The notes under the pieces are model-generated. The model saw nothing but the letters and a program-made list of their open reading frames with translations, had not been told where the DNA came from and ran no database searches. A stretch of 51,975 nucleotides of DNA, the filler included, from Spirochaetales bacterium (GTDB lineage: Bacteria; Spirochaetota; Spirochaetia; Treponematales; UBA12059), in assembly GCA_016928955.1 (NCBI GenBank). It is 2 parts of 2 records of this genome, joined end to end, with 100 filler letters (N's around TTAATTAATTAA, not from the genome) between each part and the next. Parts side by side here need not be neighbours in the genome. Positions count along the whole stretch, not along the records: positions 1 to 25,512 come from JAFGJV010000002.1; 1 more part is not named here. One strand, 5' to 3'. The position numbers were made by a program, and so were the translations under genes. Shown here piece by piece: positions 8,195 to 17,243 of this stretch; positions within the stretch are counted from its first letter, which is position 1; every line of letters begins with the position of its first letter.

Positions 8195-9520
8195 ATGCTA
8201 GAGAAACTGACACAGAAACTGGGAGATGTCGTCCGCACCATGGGCGGCAAGGCTTCCATCACCGACAAGAACATAGAAGAAGCGGTAGACCAGATCAAAA
8301 TGGCCCTCCTCGAGGCCGACGTCAACCTGCGTGTGGTGCGCCGCTTCGTCAACGCCACCATAGAGGAAGCCAAGGGCGAACGCGTCCTCCGCGCTGTGTC
8401 GCCCGGACAGCAGTTCGTCAAGATCGTGCATGACCGCCTGGTGTCGCTTCTGGGCGACACCAGCCAGGACCTGGTACTCAAGGGTCCCGACACGGTCAGC
8501 GTAATCCTGCTCCTCGGGCTTCAGGGCTCGGGCAAGACGACGACGGCCGCCAAGCTGGCCCTGTATCTGAAGAACAAAGGCCGCCGCCCCCTGCTGGCCG
8601 CCTGCGACCTGGTCCGCCCCGCGGCCGCAGAGCAGTTGGCCGTGCTGGCCGGCCAGGTGGGCGTTCCGGTGCACCGCGAGGACGGTTCCGACCCTCTTGC
8701 CATAGCCAGGAACGCGTTGGCCAGGGCCAAGAAGGAACAGCATGACGTCCTGATCGTCGACACAACCGGCCGCATGCAGATAGACGAGCCCATGATGGCC
8801 GAGCTCCTGCGCATGCGCGACCTCGTCAAGCCAGACGAGGCCCTGCTGGTGGCGGACGCCATGACCGGCCAAAGCGCCGTGGACATAGCCAAGGCCTTTG
8901 ACGAGCGCGTCGGGCTCACGGGCGTCATCCTGTCCAAGTTCGACTCGGACGCCCGCGGCGGCGCTGCCTTGTCGCTGAAGTCGGTCACCGGTAAGCCCGT
9001 TAAATTCGTGGGCGTGTCCGAGCGTCCGGACGGTCTTGAGGCTTTCCATCCCGAGCGGGTGGCGGGCCGCATCCTGGGCATGGGCGACGTGGTGTCGCTG
9101 GTCGAGAAGGCCCAGGAGGCCTATAACCAGGACGAAGCGGAAGAGCTGGAGCGGAAGCTGGCCAGGCAGGAGTTTTCGCTTGAGGACTACCTGGACCAGA
9201 TACGCAAGGTCAGGAAGATGGGCTCGCTCAAGAGCCTTATCGATATGATGCCGGGCATGGCCGGCCAGGTGGACGAGGACAAGCTGGACGAGGAGGGCGT
9301 CAAGTACGAGGAGGCCATACTCCTGTCCATGACCAAGAAGGAGCGGGCCAACCACCTGATCATAGGACCGACCCGCCGTTCGCGCATTGCCAGGGGGTCC
9401 GGCACGTCCGTGGCCGAGGTGGCCCGCCTGATCAAGAAATTCGAGAAGTCCCGGCTGATGATGAAAAAGGCCGTCAAGAACAAGAAGCTGGCCGAGCGTA
9501 TGATGGGCGGGGCACGGTAG
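8195..9520 (+). CDS. ffh: Signal recognition particle protein
   Basis: ALLEADVN, GLQGSGKTT, DTTGR, DSDARGGAALS, Met-rich M domain with RIARGSG. Confidence 0.97.
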   Translation: MLEKLTQKLGDVVRTMGGKASITDKNIEEAVDQIKMALLEADVNLRVVRRFVNATIEEAKGERVLRAVSPGQQFVKIVHDRLVSLLGDTSQDLVLKGPDTVSVILLLGLQGSGKTTTAAKLALYLKNKGRRPLLAACDLVRPAAAEQLAVLAGQVGVPVHREDGSDPLAIARNALARAKKEQHDVLIVDTTGRMQIDEPMMAELLRMRDLVKPDEALLVADAMTGQSAVDIAKAFDERVGLTGVILSKFDSDARGGAALSLKSVTGKPVKFVGVSERPDGLEAFHPERVAGRILGMGDVVSLVEKAQEAYNQDEAEELERKLARQEFSLEDYLDQIRKVRKMGSLKSLIDMMPGMAGQVDEDKLDEEGVKYEEAILLSMTKKERANHLIIGPTRRSRIARGSGTSVAEVARLIKKFEKSRLMMKKAVKNKKLAERMMGGAR

Positions 9521-9533
9521 CCGGCCTGGCCCC

Positions 9534-9563
9534 TTTACACGCCGGACGGTGATGGGCTATACT
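9534..9563 (+). promoter_or_regulatory. Sigma70-type promoter of rpmB
   Basis: TTTACA-N18-TATACT. Confidence 0.55.
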
Positions 9564-9693
9564 GCGCCCCGCTTCCGTGGAAGGTCCAAGGGCCTTACGG
9601 GCGCGGGGGCATGGCCGGGGTGATCCCGGCAGACCGTGGCCGCGCGGGCGGCCGCCCAACGTAGGTACACCACGGAAACGGAGAGTTAACGAT

Positions 9694-9885
9694 ATGTCCA
9701 GACGATGCGATATTTGCGGCAAAGGTACCATTTTCGGCAATACCGTCAGCCACGCCAAGAACCGCACCCGCCGCACCTGGCGGCCGAACATCCAGACCGT
9801 CAAGACCATGATCGGGGGCACTGTCCTGTCCATCAAGGTCTGCACCCGCTGCCTGAAGGCCAACAAGGTCGTCAAGGTCCTGTAG
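9694..9885 (+). CDS. rpmB: 50S ribosomal protein L28 (Zn-binding type)
   Basis: [10 protein letters not shown]...[20 protein letters not shown]...VCTRCLK; GGAGAG RBS. Confidence 0.97.
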   Translation: MSRRCDICGKGTIFGNTVSHAKNRTRRTWRPNIQTVKTMIGGTVLSIKVCTRCLKANKVVKVL

Positions 9886-9911
9886 TGCGCGTGCCCACAG
9901 CGGGCAAAGAA

Positions 9912-9943
9912 GGCGGCCGTCCCCGGGGGCGGCCGTTTTTTTT
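9912..9943 (+). terminator. Intrinsic terminator after rpmB
   Basis: GC-rich hairpin followed by a T8 run. Confidence 0.8.
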
Positions 9944-9946
9944 GTG

Positions 9947-10210
9947 TCAGGACTGGCGTTCCAGGCGCCTGTTGCGGAAGTACAGCACGATGTCGGCGGA
10001 TACCATCAGGGAATTGAGGCCGTACAGGTACACCACGGCGTCGTAGTTATAGAGAATTTTGTTCACGATGCCCGCCGCGTATCCGACCAGTACTATGAAC
10101 AGGAAAAAAATGCTCTTGCCTGAGGTTTTTCTGCTGGTCCATGACTTGTATATGGAAAAAGGCCAGGCCGCGCCGAAGCATAGCAACATGATGATCTCAT
10201 AGACGCTCAT
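9947..10210 (-). CDS. Small 3-TM PQ-loop/SemiSWEET-like membrane protein
   Basis: CFGAAWPFSIYKSWTSRKTSGKS followed by two more hydrophobic helices. Confidence 0.7.
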   Translation of the reverse strand: MSVYEIIMLLCFGAAWPFSIYKSWTSRKTSGKSIFFLFIVLVGYAAGIVNKILYNYDAVVYLYGLNSLMVSADIVLYFRNRRLERQS

Positions 10211-10243
10211 GGGGAGGCTCCAGTCCTTGATTGGCGCGCGGGA

Positions 10244-10681
10244 TCAGTGCTTGAGCACGGACACGATGCGTTCAAGCACCTTTTTTCTGTCCAGGGGCTT
10301 AACGATGTAGCTTTTTGCCCCTAAAAGCAGGCACTTTTTGACCACGTCTTCCTTGCCGAGGGCGCTGACCATCACCACAACGGCGCCTTTGTCGTAGTCC
10401 AGTATGCGCTCAAGGGCCGCCACGCCGTCCATGTTCGGCATGGTTATGTCCATGGTGACCATGTCCACTGCTGGGGTCATTTCCTTGTATTTTTCCAATC
10501 CGGAAAGGCCGTCGGAGGCGGTTCCGACCACTTCAAAGCCCTCGGACGTGAGGATCTGCCCCAACTGTTTGGCTATGAACATGGAATCGTCTATGATGAG
10601 CACGCGGTAGGGAGTACCGTCGGGCTTGAGGCCTTCCGGGCGCTTGTCGTTCATGGGTGGCATGTCACTCTTGGCGATCAT
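10244..10681 (-). CDS. cheY: Chemotaxis response regulator, Treponema-type with N-terminal extension
   Basis: Start MIAKSDMP (AAGGAG RBS); PYRVLIIDDSMFIAKQLGQILTSEG, MDITMP, SALG, KP. Confidence 0.85.
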   Translation of the reverse strand: MIAKSDMPPMNDKRPEGLKPDGTPYRVLIIDDSMFIAKQLGQILTSEGFEVVGTASDGLSGLEKYKEMTPAVDMVTMDITMPNMDGVAALERILDYDKGAVVVMVSALGKEDVVKKCLLLGAKSYIVKPLDRKKVLERIVSVLKH

Positions 10682-10826
10682 AGCGTGTCGCTCCTTGGTC
10701 GGACGAGCCGTTCGGGTCCCCGTCTGCACGGGCGCCGCCCGTGTGCAGGCCCGGGTGCCGGGGTTCCCATGAGTTATAGTCCATGCGGGCAGATCACGCA
10801 AGTACCGGCGCGGGGATGCGCGGCAC

Positions 10827-10855
10827 TTGACTCTACGGCGCCTGGCGTGCATAAT
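10827..10855 (+). promoter_or_regulatory. Sigma70-type promoter of the bS22-like gene
   Basis: TTGACT-N17-CATAAT. Confidence 0.65.
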
Positions 10856-10928
10856 CGCCGTCGACTCTTCGTAAGCTGAGCAAGCCAGGCCGTACCCAAC
10901 GGGTACGGGGCCCATAAGGAGCAGTAAG

Positions 10929-11021
10929 GTGCCTTGCGGAAGAAAGCGAAAGCTCAAGAAGATAGCGACGCACAAGCGGAAGAAGAAGAGAAGAAAGAAC
11001 CGACATAAGACCCGCAAGTGA
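10929..11021 (+). CDS. 30S ribosomal protein bS22-like (AURKAIP1/COX24 domain), 30 aa; absent from the ORF track
   Basis: GTG start after TAAGGAG; MPCGRKRKLKKIATHKRKKKRRKNRHKTRK*; has its own promoter and terminator. Confidence 0.88.
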   Translation: MPCGRKRKLKKIATHKRKKKRRKNRHKTRK

Positions 11022-11040
11022 CCTGTCGCTATCGCAGTGG

Positions 11041-11074
11041 AAACGGCCGCGCCTTTGGCGTCGGCCGTTTTTTT
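11041..11074 (+). terminator. Intrinsic terminator after the bS22-like gene
   Basis: AAACGGCCGCGCC-TTT-GGCGTCGGCCG-TTTTTTT. Confidence 0.8.
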
Positions 11075-11111
11075 CTTGCCCAGGGAGGCCTAAACGCGTA
11101 CAATAAGCGCC

Positions 11112-13037
11112 ATGCCGAACGAGTTGGACGTCTACCAGGTACTGAAATCCTTCGCCCAGCGCAACAAGCTCAACGTGGTGGATTTCAGGGTATTCGCCCT
11201 TGCCGTGCAGCGCCAGGCCAAAAATTACGACCAGTCCAACCCGTATTTCCGCGATCTTGCCCTCCATCCGGAGGGCGTGCTTGTGCCAAAATTGCTCCAG
11301 CTTGCCAGGGAAAAGCGCATATCCGTCATGTCGGTAGGCAACCAGCTGGACCGTATCCTCCTGCCTGCGGCCTTCACGGAACCGGTGTACGCGGAATACC
11401 GCCGCATGGAGGACAACGCCGAGGTTCCCTTTCCCGACGAGGAATCACTCAAGCTCAACATTCCAAGCGAGTGGATACAGGCCATATCGGTTGAGAACGA
11501 CCTGCCGGCCCTGATCGACCACGAGGGCGACCGGCCCGTTCTCCTGTACCGCCTCATTTTCTCTGAGGGGCTCAAGAGCGCGGTTACCCTGGCCGTGTCC
11601 GTGGGAGACAAACTCCTTGAATACGCCGCGCTCAAGCTGCGCCACTACCTGCGGAAAGGTTCCAACAAGGACTACATCCACCAGCGCATGGTCGGCGCCT
11701 TCGTCGGCAAGGAGCTCCTCCTCAAGGAAGGCATCACGACCATCCTGATCAAGCCCTACGACGCCATCCAGGAAATGCGCCACGGCAAAAGCGACTTCAC
11801 CTATCCATTCTGGGCCTACCTGTCGAGCGCCATCAAGAAGGACCTGTCCGGCAAGGGCACCGACCTCACGCCGGACGACGTGGCGGTGTACCAGTCGGCG
11901 TACATCATCGACGTGTACAACAACCACTACAAGGGCAAGTCCCAGCGCTCGGCCGAGCGCGAGGCAGCCTTCAAGACCTTGGGCATGATACTGCGCCGTC
12001 CGCCCTATCTGTACAGCATCCAGGAAATCAGCGACTTCCGCGACCATCAGAGCCGCCCCCTGCTCGGCAAGTACACCAGGGAGGAGCTGGAGGAATGGCT
12101 CCATACCCAGACAACCCGGGCGGCCGAGGGGCTACTTCCCGACATCCTGGTCCTGGCAACGGGCCCCGGCCGCACCCAGCTGGTGGCCAAGGACCGCTTC
12201 CTACAATACCTGGTCAAAGCCCTGCATGACGCCCGTTCGTCCATACGGCCCGTGCTCATCAATCAATGGAAGAATGTGATGTACGAGTTCGGGTCCATGG
12301 ACGCCATGGAAAGCGACGACGCGTTCAGGCTGGACCTGCGCGAGCGCGTGGGCACGCAGTTCCCCGTCCTGCTGGCCGCGCTGGATTCGCGCTTTGCGCC
12401 GGGCGTGTATTCCGAGATGAAGGGTAGCAAGGACCTGCCAAGCGACCTGGAGCGCCTGTTCGGAGGCGGCAGGACGGCCACTATAGACGTGCTTTTGGAT
12501 CTGGACCGCAAGCACTTGGTCACGGATGTGAAGGTGCTCCTGCCGTTCTGGTACACCGTGCCCGTGCTGTCCTGGATCATAGGCCTGTTCAAGCGGAGCT
12601 CCAAAAAGAAACAATCCAAGCGGGCCATGGTTCGGGCGGCGGTTGCCATGGACGACCAGCCGGAACCAGGCACAACGGCCAAGCTCAGCCAGGCGGCTCC
12701 CAGGAGCGTCGAGTTCGCGCAGGCCGCACGGCAGGCGGAAAAGGCCTTCCTGCCCGAGGGCTACGGAGCGGACGAATACCTGCGCGTGCTGGAAAGCCGC
12801 TGGAACACGCTCCTGGATCCGCGGGCCAAGGCCAACCTGAACGAAGACGTGAATTCGCTGGTGCGCGATTATCTCCGGGGCGTCCTCCGGACCATGAAGC
12901 CGTCCGGCTTCACGCCGGACCGCGTCCGGACCATGGCAGAGAACCTGGCCGACTCGTCCAGCCTGATCCAGATCAGGAACCACTCCGCCCTGGAGGAATA
13001 CCTCCGCCTGTACATGATCAAGGTCCTCAAACGCTGA
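11112..13037 (+). CDS. Hypothetical protein (641 aa), probably spirochaete-conserved
   Basis: Long ORF with host-like codon usage; amphipathic LPFWYTVPVLSWIIGLF segment; no catalytic motif recognised. Confidence 0.8.
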   Translation: MPNELDVYQVLKSFAQRNKLNVVDFRVFALAVQRQAKNYDQSNPYFRDLALHPEGVLVPKLLQLAREKRISVMSVGNQLDRILLPAAFTEPVYAEYRRMEDNAEVPFPDEESLKLNIPSEWIQAISVENDLPALIDHEGDRPVLLYRLIFSEGLKSAVTLAVSVGDKLLEYAALKLRHYLRKGSNKDYIHQRMVGAFVGKELLLKEGITTILIKPYDAIQEMRHGKSDFTYPFWAYLSSAIKKDLSGKGTDLTPDDVAVYQSAYIIDVYNNHYKGKSQRSAEREAAFKTLGMILRRPPYLYSIQEISDFRDHQSRPLLGKYTREELEEWLHTQTTRAAEGLLPDILVLATGPGRTQLVAKDRFLQYLVKALHDARSSIRPVLINQWKNVMYEFGSMDAMESDDAFRLDLRERVGTQFPVLLAALDSRFAPGVYSEMKGSKDLPSDLERLFGGGRTATIDVLLDLDRKHLVTDVKVLLPFWYTVPVLSWIIGLFKRSSKKKQSKRAMVRAAVAMDDQPEPGTTAKLSQAAPRSVEFAQAARQAEKAFLPEGYGADEYLRVLESRWNTLLDPRAKANLNEDVNSLVRDYLRGVLRTMKPSGFTPDRVRTMAENLADSSSLIQIRNHSALEEYLRLYMIKVLKR

Positions 13038-13053
13038 TGGAGCCACAAACCCC

Positions 13054-14295
13054 ATGAACGCATCGATGATAGGCGTCCTCGTGTGCCTTGCCTTTTCAGC
13101 CATGTTCTCCGCCGTGGAAACAGCCTTTACGTCGTTGACCATGTTCCAGATAGAGTCGCTCAAAAAGAGGAAACGGGGCGGCCGTCTGGTGGAGCGCCTG
13201 GCCAAAAAGCCGGACGAGCTGATATCCACCATCCTGATCGGCAACAACGTGGTCAACATCCTGGCCTCCGTGCTGACCACCGAGTGGGCCATGGAACGCT
13301 GGGGCGACGCGGCCCTGTCCGCGGTGACCGGAGGGCTCACCTTCGTGATCCTGATCTTTGGCGAGGTGACGCCCAAACGCCTGGCCATAGCGCACAACGA
13401 ATTCATAGCGTCGTTCCTGGCGCCGCTCATCCTGGTGTGCACCGTCCTTTTCAAGCCCTTTGTGGTGGTGGTCAACGCCCTCAGCTCCCTGGTCACGCGC
13501 CTCTTTGGCAAGCCGCAGAAAAACGAGCTGTCCATTGAGACCATGACGCAGATGCTGTCCATAGCCGAGCACATGGGCATCATCGACTACGCCAAAAGCT
13601 CCATGGTGAAGAACGTGTTCAGGCTCGGCACCACCACGGTGCAGGCGGTCATGACCCACCGCATAGACGTGTTCAGCCTGGACCGGCGCACCAGCTCCGA
13701 AGAGGCCTGCCGCCTGGTGCTGGAGCCGGGGCATTCCCGCTTTCCCGTGTACGACGGGGAACCGGAGAACATCGTGGGCCTGGTGGCCACCCGCGCCGCG
13801 GTCAACGAGGCGCTGTCCGGCCGCGGCGAACGCCCCCTGTCCGAAATCATGAGCGAGCCGCTGTACGTCCTGCCTAACAAGCCCCTGGGCGAGCTTTTTG
13901 CCCTGTTCCGCGAGCGCCGCGAGACCTTTGCCGTGGTGCTGGACGAGTACGGCGGCCTGGCCGGAGTGGTCACCATGCGGGACGTGGTTGAGGAGATCGT
14001 GGGCGAAATCTACGAAGGCGCGGGAGAGGAACCGCGCGAGCGCATCCGCAAGCGCGCCGACGGGTCGTACACGGTCAGCGGCGACACGCCCATATCGATC
14101 CTGGCCGAGCTGTCCGGGGCCGAGCCCCCGAACCTGCCTTATGTGCAGACGGTGGCCGGCTATATCGCCTGGGCCCTGGAGCGCATACCCGTGCCCGGCG
14201 ACCAGGTGTCCACGCCCATGGGCACCTTTACCGTGCTCAACACCCAGGCCAACCGCGTGGAGGAGTGCGTATACCGCACGCCACGGTCGGCCTGA
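13054..14295 (+). CDS. CNNM (DUF21)-CBS-CorC/HlyC family protein (TlyC-like)
   Basis: FSAVETAF, TILIGNNVVNI, GEVTPK, HSRFPVY, VLDEYGG..G.VT..D..EEIVGEI. Confidence 0.92.
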   Translation: MNASMIGVLVCLAFSAMFSAVETAFTSLTMFQIESLKKRKRGGRLVERLAKKPDELISTILIGNNVVNILASVLTTEWAMERWGDAALSAVTGGLTFVILIFGEVTPKRLAIAHNEFIASFLAPLILVCTVLFKPFVVVVNALSSLVTRLFGKPQKNELSIETMTQMLSIAEHMGIIDYAKSSMVKNVFRLGTTTVQAVMTHRIDVFSLDRRTSSEEACRLVLEPGHSRFPVYDGEPENIVGLVATRAAVNEALSGRGERPLSEIMSEPLYVLPNKPLGELFALFRERRETFAVVLDEYGGLAGVVTMRDVVEEIVGEIYEGAGEEPRERIRKRADGSYTVSGDTPISILAELSGAEPPNLPYVQTVAGYIAWALERIPVPGDQVSTPMGTFTVLNTQANRVEECVYRTPRSA

Positions 14296-14342
14296 GCAAC
14301 GCCGTTGCGCATACGGCCGCCTTCGGGCTATCATCAAGCCCG

Positions 14343-15479
14343 ATGCTCGATACAGAAAACGTTAGCACGGTTTCCATAGAGCGGCTCGCTCCCGGCGGAG
14401 ATGGCCTTGGCTTTGTGGACGGCATGGCGGTGTTCGTGCCCTTCACGGCCCCCGGCGACACCGTGCGCGCCAGGTTGCGCGATAGGAAGCCCGGCTGGGC
14501 CCGAGCCGACCTCCTGGAAATCATCCACGCCTCTGCCGAACGGACGGCCCCCGCCTGCCCCCTGTACGGCCAGTGCGGAGGCTGCGACCTCATGCACATG
14601 GCGTACGACGCCCAACTGCGGGCAAAAGCTTCCATCGTTGCCGACGCCCTCGCGCGCGTGGGCAAGCTGGATGGCGTGAACGTGGCCGCCAGGGGCAGCC
14701 GCGAATTCGGCTACCGGAACCGGGCCCGGTTCCACCGGACCCAGGGCGGATCGCCCGGCTTCAAGCGTCGCCAGAGCGACGACGTACTCGAACTGCCCAC
14801 CTGCCCCGTGCTCGTGAACGAGCTTGCCGTCTGGCTAGAGGACGGACCGGGCCGGAAACCCGGGCCGCCGCCTGGCTCTCTGGCCTTCACCGCCTTTGGC
14901 GCGGGCGGCCGTGTGTGGCTGGAAGGCGGCGGGGAGGACGCGCGGGCAAGGGTCCTGGGCAGGGATTTTGTCTTCGATCCCGCGGGTTTTTTCCAAAGCA
15001 ACGTGGGCGCGCTGGAAAGCCTGGCAGCCGAACTGCGGCGGGACCTTTCCGGAGAGCGGGCGGCGGACCTGTACTGCGGCGTGGGCTTGTTCGCCTCCTT
15101 TCTGAAGGACTCGTTCGCGCGCGTGACCTGCGTTGAACGTGACGCTCGCTCCGTGTCCTACGCGGCCAAAAACCTCGGGCCGGGCACCGACCTGGCGGCC
15201 ATGGACCTGGACGCGTGGACGCGCACGTCCCAAGCGGCGGCGCGCTATGACTGCGTGGTGCTGGACCCGCCCCGGGGCGGCCTGTCCAAGACGGTACGCG
15301 CCTGGCTGGCCAGGAGCGCGCCTCCACGGGTGGCCTACGTGTCGTGCGATCCCGTGTCCTTTGCCCGCGACGCGGGGGAACTGTGCCGCAATGGCTACGA
15401 GCTGTCGAGCGTCGGCGTGTTCGATTTCTATCCGCAGACATCCCACATTGAAACCCTGGGGAGATTCGAGCGTGCCTAG
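14343..15479 (+). CDS. 23S rRNA m5U methyltransferase (RlmD/TrmA family) with TRAM domain
   Basis: CPLYGQCGGC, FFQSN, DLYCGVG, LDPPRGG, YVSCDP, FYPQTSHIE. Confidence 0.9.
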   Translation: MLDTENVSTVSIERLAPGGDGLGFVDGMAVFVPFTAPGDTVRARLRDRKPGWARADLLEIIHASAERTAPACPLYGQCGGCDLMHMAYDAQLRAKASIVADALARVGKLDGVNVAARGSREFGYRNRARFHRTQGGSPGFKRRQSDDVLELPTCPVLVNELAVWLEDGPGRKPGPPPGSLAFTAFGAGGRVWLEGGGEDARARVLGRDFVFDPAGFFQSNVGALESLAAELRRDLSGERAADLYCGVGLFASFLKDSFARVTCVERDARSVSYAAKNLGPGTDLAAMDLDAWTRTSQAAARYDCVVLDPPRGGLSKTVRAWLARSAPPRVAYVSCDPVSFARDAGELCRNGYELSSVGVFDFYPQTSHIETLGRFERA

Positions 15480-17190
15480 GCAGGGAAGCTTGGCCGCACG
15501 TATGCGCCGGCCGGCCTGGGCCGCGCTCCTGTGCGCCGCCGCTGTCTTGTGGGCGCACGCGGACGAGCCGGAGCTACTGTTCCGGTTTCCCGCGGGCGGC
15601 GTGGTTACCACGGGGCCGGTGGTGGCCGAGGGGCGGCTGTGGTTCATATCGGACAGCAAAACCCTGTACGTCATCACCGTGGACGGAACGGCCATAGGCA
15701 AGCGGGACATGTCCTTCCGCCGGGCGCCTTTCATAGCCCCGGATCCGTTCGGACGGGCGGCCCTGCCCATCGGCTCGTCGTCCATTGTCCTTCTCAATAA
15801 GGCCGGCCAGGAAGTGTGGACCGTGCGGCTGGACGGGGCGCCGGAAGGGCCGCCGAGCTTTGGGCCGGACGGGCGCATGTACGCGCAGAGCTCTCAGCGC
15901 CTGTACGCTTTCGCGGCCAACGGAGCCGCGCTGTGGAGCAGGGAGCTCGACGAGCGCGTTGCCGCCCCGCTGGCGACGGGCCCGGGCGGAGGGCCCCTGG
16001 TCGGCCTGGCCGACGGATCGGTGCGTCTCTTCAGCCGGGACGGCGAGCCGCTGTGGAACGACGGCTTCCAGTCGCAGCCGCGCTTCCTGGCCACGCTCGG
16101 CGGGAGGGTCGTTGTTGCTCTGGCCGACGGCACGGTGGCGGTCAGGGCTGCCCTTGAGGGCGTAGATAGCCCCGAGGCCCAGGATCCGGCCGCCGGCACA
16201 GACGAACGCAGCGACCAGCGGCTCGGGTCGTCGCCCCTGGCCCTGGCCGCGGGCCAGGACGGTTTTTCTATCCTAGGCTCAGACGGGAAGGTAAGCGCCT
16301 TTTCGGAGGACGGGAGCCTTGCATGGAGCGCGGCATCGGGATTGAGGGGAGCCGCCGGCATCGAGCGCTTTCAGGGAAGGACCGTGGTCTTGTCCCGCCA
16401 TGCCGTGCGCTCGTTCGGGCAGGACGGCGCCCTTTTCAGGGACCTGGCGCTGACCAACGCCACCGGTCTGCCTGCCGTGTCGCACAGTGGAACGGTGTTC
16501 TCAGGCGCAACGGATTGGATACTCTACGCGTACCGTTTCGAGCGGCCGTTCCCCTATGCCGGGCGGCAAGCCCTGCCACCCATGGACCGCGAGGCGGCCG
16601 CCATGGCGGCCAGGCGGGAGGCCATGTGGGTGCCCGGCGGCTCCACGGACGACGCGGTGCAGAGGCATCTGTCCGATATTGAAAAATCCCTGAAATCGGG
16701 TACTATTGGTGAGGGCGCTGGCGACGCGGCCCTGTACGCGGCTGCGGTCGCCCTGGGCATGCTCGACGCGCCCTTCGGTTCCGGCGCCGTGCCGCAGTTG
16801 CCCACGCCCAGGGGCGCGCCGGCAAGAATCAAGGCCTGCGAGGTGCTTGGCTTGTTCGGCTCGCCTGAGGCCGTGGAGCTTCTGACCGAGGTGTTCCGCA
16901 AGGATCCCGAACCGTCGGTGCGGGCGGCGGCCGCCCAGGCGGTGGCGCTCATCGGCCTGGATCCAGACGGCAGGGCCCTGGAGGCTTTTGCCGACAAGGC
17001 GGCCGGCCTGGATTCCAGGACGGCCCTGGCGGTTATAGCGGCGGTCGAATCCCTGTACCGGGCCAATGGTGGCCTGGACGACCCGTCCGGCGCCCTGGCC
17101 CTGCTCCGCATAGCGGGATCGGGCTCGGCGTCCACGGAGGTACGGCGCATGGCGAACGATGCCCTGCGCAGAGTTGCCTCCAGAAACTAG
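15472..17190 (+). CDS. Exported PQQ-like beta-propeller plus HEAT-repeat protein
   Basis: Signal-peptide-like N-terminus (alternative ATG at 15502); repeated xxG..W blades; DPEPSVRAAAAQAV HEAT repeat. Confidence 0.7.
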   Translation: MPRQGSLAARMRRPAWAALLCAAAVLWAHADEPELLFRFPAGGVVTTGPVVAEGRLWFISDSKTLYVITVDGTAIGKRDMSFRRAPFIAPDPFGRAALPIGSSSIVLLNKAGQEVWTVRLDGAPEGPPSFGPDGRMYAQSSQRLYAFAANGAALWSRELDERVAAPLATGPGGGPLVGLADGSVRLFSRDGEPLWNDGFQSQPRFLATLGGRVVVALADGTVAVRAALEGVDSPEAQDPAAGTDERSDQRLGSSPLALAAGQDGFSILGSDGKVSAFSEDGSLAWSAASGLRGAAGIERFQGRTVVLSRHAVRSFGQDGALFRDLALTNATGLPAVSHSGTVFSGATDWILYAYRFERPFPYAGRQALPPMDREAAAMAARREAMWVPGGSTDDAVQRHLSDIEKSLKSGTIGEGAGDAALYAAAVALGMLDAPFGSGAVPQLPTPRGAPARIKACEVLGLFGSPEAVELLTEVFRKDPEPSVRAAAAQAVALIGLDPDGRALEAFADKAAGLDSRTALAVIAAVESLYRANGGLDDPSGALALLRIAGSGSASTEVRRMANDALRRVASRN

Positions 17191-17243
17191 CGTGTGGAGC
17201 GGGGGGCCGTCGGCTGGAGACGGAACCGCGGGAAGGAAAGGGC

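Noticed and set aside
9521..9693. SRP RNA (ffs) next to ffh
   Set aside because: The conserved helix-8 motif (CAGG..C.GNRA.G.AGCAG) is not visible.
10682..11017. Hydrophobic N-terminal extension of CheY
   Set aside because: It is the antisense of the Lys/Arg-rich bS22-like gene; cheY has its own RBS and start at 10681.
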